Of a stretch of DNA of 64,000 bases, positions 58,548-64,000 are shown in pieces. The stretch comes from a virus (Duplodnaviria > Heunggongvirae > Uroviricota > Caudoviricetes): IMG/VR virus record IMGVR_UViG_3300032291_003166; one strand, given 5' to 3'. Below the pieces are notes generated by a model. It saw only the letters and a program-made list of their open reading frames with translations. It had not been told where the DNA came from and searched no databases. Within the stretch, counting starts at the first letter, position 1, and each line of letters opens with the position of its first letter. Both the position numbers and the translations under genes were made by a program.

Positions 58548-58742
58548 TTAGTTAATAATAAAATCATAACTTGCACAATCCATCATTAATTCTCGTGATA
58601 AATTATAATCATTATATATATTTTCAAAATTTCTAATTAACTTTTCACAAGTTTCATATTGTTGAATATTAGTACATGACGGAATAACTTCTTCCTTAAT
58701 CCACATATACACATCGTATTTGTTTTTGCTTTTAGCTGCCAT
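58548..58742 (-). CDS. small hypothetical protein
   Basis: 64 aa ORF. Confidence 0.4.
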   Translation of the reverse strand: MAAKSKNKYDVYMWIKEEVIPSCTNIQQYETCEKLIRNFENIYNDYNLSRELMMDCASYDFIIN

Positions 58743-58744
58743 TT

Positions 58745-59551
58745 TTAAATTATATATAGTGGTTTTGAAGTATTATTTAATTCTGGGAATGCTGTATTAA
58801 TAAAATTATCCATATTTACTTCTCTTGTTTTAGATAAGTGTTTAATGAAATTTAATTTTTTCATATCCTTTTCTATATTAGTATTATGTTCATATGTTCG
58901 CATAATCATTTTTTGGATTAAATTTAATAAATTATAATATGGTTTAGCATCTTTCATAAAACTATCCATACGTTTCCAATACTTATATGAAGTAGATGAT
59001 CTGGAATCTAAAGCATATCGCATTCTGTAACTTAAAGTAATACTTGGATGAACTAATTGTATCTCAAAATCATCAAAAAATACAGATATAATATCTTTTT
59101 TCCTAATAATTTCATCATTAAAAATATCTATTTTAAAAAACATATTTTTGTTTAAGTCAGAATCAACTGGTTCTTCTAAGGTTTTAGTGAATTGCCACAT
59201 TTTAGCATTAGGATCAAATGTAAATGGTTTTTTTTCTTCCTCCCATGAATAACCTCTTGTACTATCATTTAAATCAAAGAAATTTTTAATAGAATTATAA
59301 TCTTCTTCAGTAAATACTTCTGTTAATCCTAAATCAAAATCACCAACTTTTTCCATAGGTTCAAAACCTAATAATTTTAAAGAAAGACTACCAGTTAAAC
59401 ATATTTTATTATTCATTGCTAACATAGGTAAAATAAATTTCTCAAAAGAAATTTTATCATCAGGATGTAATGAATCTATTATTGTTTTATTAAAGTTGAG
59501 TCTCATCAACCCAGTATCAGAATTGACACTATATTGTAAATTTATATTCAT
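58745..59551 (-). CDS. hypothetical protein
   Basis: 268 aa ORF. Confidence 0.5.
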   Translation of the reverse strand: MNINLQYSVNSDTGLMRLNFNKTIIDSLHPDDKISFEKFILPMLAMNNKICLTGSLSLKLLGFEPMEKVGDFDLGLTEVFTEEDYNSIKNFFDLNDSTRGYSWEEEKKPFTFDPNAKMWQFTKTLEEPVDSDLNKNMFFKIDIFNDEIIRKKDIISVFFDDFEIQLVHPSITLSYRMRYALDSRSSTSYKYWKRMDSFMKDAKPYYNLLNLIQKMIMRTYEHNTNIEKDMKKLNFIKHLSKTREVNMDNFINTAFPELNNTSKPLYII

Positions 59552-59566
59552 AACCTTTATTTTAAT

Positions 59567-59833
59567 TTAAAAACGCTTTGCTAATTTTATAATTAACGCT
59601 TCTTCTTCGTTAGTTAACTGGTAATAGTTACTAGATAATTTTGTTATAGCGTCTGTAAACTCCCAATTATTGGCAGATGCTACCACAGGTATACCATAAC
59701 CATCTTCAATTAATAACTGAAGCATTTGTTTTGCTTCTGAACTATTCATTTCATCATAGAAATCTTCTACACTAACATCAATGTCTACGTCAGTGTATTC
59801 TTCAAGGCATGCTGATTCAGTAAATTTTGGCAT
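59567..59833 (-). CDS. small hypothetical protein
   Basis: 88 aa ORF behind a promoter-motif copy. Confidence 0.4.
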   Translation of the reverse strand: MPKFTESACLEEYTDVDIDVSVEDFYDEMNSSEAKQMLQLLIEDGYGIPVVASANNWEFTDAITKLSSNYYQLTNEEEALIIKLAKRF

Positions 59834-59846
59834 AATTTTTATTTTT

Positions 59847-59882
59847 TTAATGTAATTAAATATAAGTAATTAACTGCGGTCA
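59847..59882 (-). promoter_or_regulatory. promoter-like element, variant A
   Basis: TTAATGTAATTAAATATAAG-N11-GGTCA upstream of 59567-59833. Confidence 0.55.
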
Positions 59883-59884
59883 TT

Positions 59885-60520
59885 CTAATCCCACCAGCCT
59901 TTCATACCAGATCCATCAAACCACTCGTTCCATAAATCTTTTTTACCTTGTTGCCTTGATGAGTATTGTATTAAAAATTCTTTATATTGTTTTATATCTT
60001 GTCCTTCAAATATTCTCCATAATTCTTTCCATTCTTGTTCTTCAATTTCATTAGATCTATCAAACACTTTTCTGTTATGTTCTCTTTCTTCAGGAGTATC
60101 TTTATCAACCATTCGATAATATTCAGGTTTACCTTCAACACGTTCAAATTCTATTTCATGGTGAACCATTTCTCCTAATTCACTTTCAGCTATTGGAATA
60201 TAATTATCTTTAACAATATTATCTATAATCTTAGCTGCTCTTAACATTTTATCAACCTTCTTTAAACGAGGTATATCTACTTCACGACCATGTTCTTCAA
60301 GTTTAATAGCCATATCCTTTAAACCTGTTTCCATAAAATAAAGCATATATGTATGATCCCACCATCTATAATTCCATAGTGCTTTTCTAAATAGAATTAC
60401 ATTACGTATAAATCTAGGAATACTATACCTTACAACTTCCCATACTTTCCATAACTTACTGTCATACCAAACTAACTTTTCTATACTTTCGAAAAATTTA
60501 TCTTTAAATTCTACTTTCAT
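59885..60520 (-). CDS. hypothetical protein
   Basis: 211 aa ORF. Confidence 0.45.
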   Translation of the reverse strand: MKVEFKDKFFESIEKLVWYDSKLWKVWEVVRYSIPRFIRNVILFRKALWNYRWWDHTYMLYFMETGLKDMAIKLEEHGREVDIPRLKKVDKMLRAAKIIDNIVKDNYIPIAESELGEMVHHEIEFERVEGKPEYYRMVDKDTPEEREHNRKVFDRSNEIEEQEWKELWRIFEGQDIKQYKEFLIQYSSRQQGKKDLWNEWFDGSGMKGWWD

Positions 60521-60522
60521 AA

Positions 60523-61227
60523 CTATATTATTTTATTAAATGAAATTATACCATCTGTTATTATCATATATTCTTTACTTGTTTCTTGAACATCTACAAA
60601 GTAATATCTACCACCTGTAGCTCCTCCTTTTTTATCTATTCTTTTTACAGCTGTATGTCCTACAACTTGTATGATATCTTTCTTAAGATTTTTAGCATCT
60701 CTCATTAATGATTTAGGTCTAATCCATATTGGTGTTTGTCCTAAATCATCTCCATAACCATTGATACCATCAAATTCAAATGAAAATGGTTTAAACAACC
60801 ACATATCGTTTACAAACTCATCAATTGGTTCATTATTCCATCCATGTTTGTTTAGCCATCCTTCACCAACACCAGCGTGAGTAAATAAAAATTCATCCAT
60901 TTTATATGCCATTTGTAAATGTTGTCTATTTTCATTTATAACATGGTTTATACTTACTGACATTTTAGCCTGATAACCTGAAGTACCTGTAAATCCAATT
61001 TCTGGAAAATAATGATAATCATGATTTCCTATTAGTAAAATAACTTCAGATTGATGAGAGTTTTTATATTCAATAATTTGTTTAAAATTATGAATCTGGT
61101 CTATTCCTGGTATATTAAATGAGTCAAAGTAATCTCCTAAGAATACTACTTTATCAGGTTGTTCTTGAGCGATAATATGTTTCCACATATCTCTACCATG
61201 TACATCACTTATAATAACTGTTTTCAT
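60523..61227 (-). CDS. calcineurin-like metallophosphoesterase
   Basis: DxH (ISDVHG), GD (FLGDYFD) and GNHD (IGNHDYH) motifs. Confidence 0.65.
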   Translation of the reverse strand: MKTVIISDVHGRDMWKHIIAQEQPDKVVFLGDYFDSFNIPGIDQIHNFKQIIEYKNSHQSEVILLIGNHDYHYFPEIGFTGTSGYQAKMSVSINHVINENRQHLQMAYKMDEFLFTHAGVGEGWLNKHGWNNEPIDEFVNDMWLFKPFSFEFDGINGYGDDLGQTPIWIRPKSLMRDAKNLKKDIIQVVGHTAVKRIDKKGGATGGRYYFVDVQETSKEYMIITDGIISFNKII

Positions 61228-61263
61228 ACTATGAATATAACAAATTGGATTTAGGTTACCAAA

Positions 61264-62577
61264 TTATAATTGTACTTTCGATCCTACCATAACCATATTT
61301 AATACTGGTGTTCCTGGTAATGTACCAAAGCTTACTTTATAATCAAAACCAAATTTAAATCTTTTTGTTATTGCGTAATCAAATGATGAGCCTACCATAA
61401 ATCCAAAATTTGGATCTACTGATAATTGTTTATCTGAATATAATAAAGGAGTCCCATTAGCAAATATAGATGGAGTCATGTTTATCTTTTTATTTATTAC
61501 TAAGGGTTTCATATAGAACATAGTCATTGATGCTAGATATGATTGAGTTTTAGTAACTAAGAACATTGCTCCTAAGTTAACATTATATCCAAATACACCC
61601 ATTTTTGGTCTTGCAATTACTTCACTATATCCTAAAAACGCAAATATATTTCCCATAGCATAAGCTGTAGTTAATGATGTATTTGATACAGTTGTTGCTT
61701 GTTGATCGTTGAATGTAATTTTAGTATAACGTGTTGATAAGGCAAATTGTTGTAAATTAGACCATATCATAGCAGTAACACCATATGATTTATCTCCAGC
61801 CATTGAATTTTTAGATACACCCACATTCATTATAGCTGAGAATGTATTATCTGGATTTTGTGCTGTAGTGAAGTCAGATGCTATTAATAATGGATTTGCA
61901 GGTGCAGATTTTGCTTTTGCTTTTGCTTTACTATCTTTTTTCTCATCTTTCTTTTCCTCCTTAGATTCAGATTTACTTTCTTCTTTACTTTCTTCCTTAG
62001 ATTCAGATTTTGATTCTTCTGTTTTAGACTCTTCTGATTTAGATTCAGATTTGCTTTCTCCACCTCCTCCACCTTCGGATTTACTTTCAGATGATGAACC
62101 TCCTCCACTACTAGATGATGATTCAGAGCTACTACTTGATGATGAACTACTACTTGAACTACTTGATGCAGCAGGAGCAGGTGCTGCTGCAGAAGCGGCT
62201 GCAGGAGCAGGTGGTGGAGCAACTGGGGGTGGTGGTGGAGCTGCGGCAGCAGCGGCGGCAGCACTTGCTGCTGATTTAGCTACTGATGTTGCTACTTGTG
62301 TTTGAGTTGCAGCTGCTGCTACAGGTACAGGACATGGAGTTGATAATATAGTTTTAACCCATGATGCTACTACCCCAGATTGTGCTTGATCATAAGTAAA
62401 TGTATTTACTTTTCCTCTTACAACTACAGTTATTACAGAATTAGGTAATGGAAATGATACTACATATGTTTTTCCATCACATGGATCAATATATGTTTGT
62501 GTTAATACTTGTGATTTAGATTTAAAACTAAATACTAGTATTAAGATTATTATTAAGGGTACTATTCTCTTCCACAT
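61264..62577 (-). CDS. secreted/outer-membrane protein: signal peptide, ~150-aa A/P/S/E/K low-complexity linker, C-terminal beta-rich domain
   Basis: MWKRIVPLIIILILVFSF signal. The linker has poly-A, PPPPP, a 14-residue poly-S run and (ESK)n repeats. The C-terminal ~210 aa shows alternating hydrophobic beta-strand periodicity. Confidence 0.5.
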   Translation of the reverse strand: MWKRIVPLIIILILVFSFKSKSQVLTQTYIDPCDGKTYVVSFPLPNSVITVVVRGKVNTFTYDQAQSGVVASWVKTILSTPCPVPVAAAATQTQVATSVAKSAASAAAAAAAAPPPPPVAPPPAPAAASAAAPAPAASSSSSSSSSSSSSSESSSSSGGGSSSESKSEGGGGGESKSESKSEESKTEESKSESKEESKEESKSESKEEKKDEKKDSKAKAKAKSAPANPLLIASDFTTAQNPDNTFSAIMNVGVSKNSMAGDKSYGVTAMIWSNLQQFALSTRYTKITFNDQQATTVSNTSLTTAYAMGNIFAFLGYSEVIARPKMGVFGYNVNLGAMFLVTKTQSYLASMTMFYMKPLVINKKINMTPSIFANGTPLLYSDKQLSVDPNFGFMVGSSFDYAITKRFKFGFDYKVSFGTLPGTPVLNMVMVGSKVQL

Positions 62578-63382
62578 ATGTCAATTCAAATTTTAATTTT
62601 GAATCATAACCTTCAGGTAGTAACCTTTTATATCCTACAAACTCACAGAATGTGGGATCTGAATTATATTGTAATGTTAATGTAGATAAATTAATTAATA
62701 TTTGTCCAGTTGTAAATATCTGGTGTTCACTTTCTCTTCTATATGGATTAAAAAAATTATCTTCAACATATTGATTAGATAGTGTATTGAATATTTCATT
62801 TATTTTATATATTTTATTTAATTCACGTTCAGCAATTTCTAATCTACTGAATGATGATTGTTTTTTAATACCTGTATTATATCCTGCTCCAGGATAATAT
62901 ATTCCATGATTTGTTCTTACTATTGGTTGATCTTTTTTAACTTCAATAGTTAAAGGATTATGTTTAGAAGTACCTTCAATTACATATTTTGCTTCTGGGG
63001 TAGATACAAATGTTATTCCTTTTAATCCGTTGTGTTGAGGTTTACTATTCTTATAGTCAGTTAAATAACTTAAAACACTTTCAATATTAGTTAATGATAG
63101 AGCATGTCTTATTTTAAACCCATCATATGAAACAGCATTTTTTCGTTTTTTAACTACTACTCCTTCACGTTCATCCTGATTAACCATTAATGTAGCATTG
63201 GTTATACCAATGCCATATTCATTTAATCCTTCAGACCAATCTGTACCTGTATCATGGATATAAAGTACTTCTACTCCATCTCTTAATTCATGAATTACTT
63301 CAATATATGCTTTATATTTTCTATCTCGGTTTTTAACTAATATCGATTGATTCTCTAAATATAGAGATGCTATAACACACAT
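62528..63382 (-). CDS. Ntn-hydrolase, choloylglycine hydrolase / penicillin V acylase-like (N-terminal Cys nucleophile)
   Basis: Starts MC(VIASLYLENQSILVKNRD), with the Cys2 and NRD hallmarks of the linear-amide C-N hydrolase family. Confidence 0.4.
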   Translation of the reverse strand: MCVIASLYLENQSILVKNRDRKYKAYIEVIHELRDGVEVLYIHDTGTDWSEGLNEYGIGITNATLMVNQDEREGVVVKKRKNAVSYDGFKIRHALSLTNIESVLSYLTDYKNSKPQHNGLKGITFVSTPEAKYVIEGTSKHNPLTIEVKKDQPIVRTNHGIYYPGAGYNTGIKKQSSFSRLEIAERELNKIYKINEIFNTLSNQYVEDNFFNPYRRESEHQIFTTGQILINLSTLTLQYNSDPTFCEFVGYKRLLPEGYDSKLKFELTYVEENSTLNNNLNTSI

Positions 63383-63383
63383 T

Positions 63384-64000
63384 TTATTTTGTGAATATAC
63401 CTTTTTTAACCATTCTATCTAAGATACGAGCACATGCTATATCTAAGGCTTTTTTAGTTGAAATTGAAATTGTTGATTGATTAAATTTAACTGGATCAAC
63501 TGTTGCATCTGATAGTAAAGTAAGTTCACGAGTTGTTTTAGCTTCACCTAAACCTGAACCTGAGAATATTAACCCGGTTTCTGCGTCTGTGAATCGTACT
63601 TGTAATCCAATTCTAGTTATCATTAAATTTTTAACACCATCTTTAAGATTTACAGTCTCGTCTTCACTAACTGAATAATCATAACATTCGATTGTTACGA
63701 AATATTTTGCTAGATTGATTTTGCCTCTGCCATCTAATTTGTTTTCTGAAATTCCAGCTTGTGATGCTTTAAATTGCATTACCATTCTGTTTTTAATTTC
63801 AGCTTTATCTTCAGTAAATTTAAATCTATTTAGATTTTCTAAATATTCCATTGAAATATTAGCAACACCTAACCCAACACGTTTTTCCTTTAATTCAGGA
63901 TACATCTCATACATTTCCTCACTAATACCACATTTAAGAATTTGAATAGGGATTTGTGGTCCTACATAATCTAAGAATGCAGATATATCAATAGCTGTTT
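63384..64000 (-). CDS. CsgG/LpoB-like lipoprotein-fold protein, 5' end beyond window
   Basis: The frame remains open upstream of the track's Met to the window edge (...TAIDISAFLDYVGPQIPIQILKCGISEE-MYEMYPEL...). A GSGLGEAKTTRE...LSD segment resembles the CsgG family. This call is weak. Confidence 0.25.
   Translation of the reverse strand, partial: TAIDISAFLDYVGPQIPIQILKCGISEEMYEMYPELKEKRVGLGVANISMEYLENLNRFKFTEDKAEIKNRMVMQFKASQAGISENKLDGRGKINLAKYFVTIECYDYSVSEDETVNLKDGVKNLMITRIGLQVRFTDAETGLIFSGSGLGEAKTTRELTLLSDATVDPVKFNQSTISISTKKALDIACARILDRMVKKGIFTK

Noticed and set aside
61884-62264. Minus-strand 126-aa ORF rich in H/Q/L/K
   Set aside because: An alternative-frame read through the poly-Ala/Ser/Glu-Lys low-complexity region of gene 61264-62577. 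It is a frame artefact.
12171-63945. All + strand ORFs in the track (12171-12395, 15993-16331, 23364-23645, 24484-24699, 25215-25433, 25561-25809, 27462-27689, 28425-28640, 29800-30003, 32666-32854, 34379-34588, 34915-35124, 36456-36653, 37612-37815, 40511-40852, 54882-55091, 56162-56380, 58093-58278, 61868-62305, 63715-63945)
   Set aside because: Each lies antisense inside a well-supported minus-strand gene or inside the repeat-rich non-coding hub. They have low-complexity composition and no promoter element or conserved start context. They are expected by chance in 28% GC DNA.
1-64000. CRISPR arrays, rRNA, or diversity-generating retroelement
   Set aside because: There are no regularly spaced 25-40-bp direct repeats with unique spacers, no rRNA-like conserved blocks, and no reverse transcriptase ORF.

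Overview
The window reads as one contiguous stretch of a large virulent-type tailed phage genome (about 28% GC). Essentially every gene is on the minus strand, transcribed from high to low coordinates. The lack of Shine-Dalgarno sequences and the Bacteroidetes-type signal peptides suggest a Bacteroidetes (Flavobacteriia-like) host; this is an inference.

Gene modules, from low to high coordinate:
- 1-9.5 kb: tail and baseplate genes, with an embedded GH19/PG-binding endolysin.
- 9.9-12.3 kb: sigma-like factor, HD hydrolase, glutaredoxin-like protein.
- 12.4-15.7 kb: a stop-interrupted T5orf172 gene, then a MoxR-like AAA ATPase paired with a VWA/metallopeptidase-like protein.
- 17.5-21.4 kb: NlpC/P60 peptidase, then an RNA-repair cassette (RNA ligase, P-loop kinase, metallophosphatase).
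- 22.35 kb: a tRNA-Met(CAT).
- 24.2-26.5 kb: a GC-rich, repeat- and hairpin-laden non-coding hub containing a tRNA-like 3' fragment.
- 26.5-40.8 kb: many small ORFs, plus an SPFH/band-7 protein, thioredoxin, and a DNA ligase flanked by GIY-YIG and HNH homing endonuclease genes.
- 40.8-51.8 kb: a 12-gene nucleotide-sugar/glycosyltransferase island that includes an unmistakable UDP-galactopyranose mutase (Glf).
- 52-61 kb: replication and nucleotide-metabolism genes (Cas4-like nuclease, clamp loader, secreted NUC nuclease, thymidylate-synthase-like protein, phosphoesterase).
- 61-64 kb: an envelope-like module (signal-peptide beta-barrel protein with an extreme S/A/P/E/K low-complexity linker, Ntn hydrolase, CsgG-like partial gene).

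The most striking sequence-level feature is a ~36-bp promoter-like element with the form TTAATATAATTAAATATAAC (or its variant TTCTTATATAATAAAGATAA), then 11 variable nt, then GGTCA, as written on the + strand. It recurs at least 18 times immediately upstream of minus-strand gene starts. Start codons sit in a conserved context, AAATAAAGGTT-ATG.

All + strand ORFs in the supplied track appear to be antisense artefacts.
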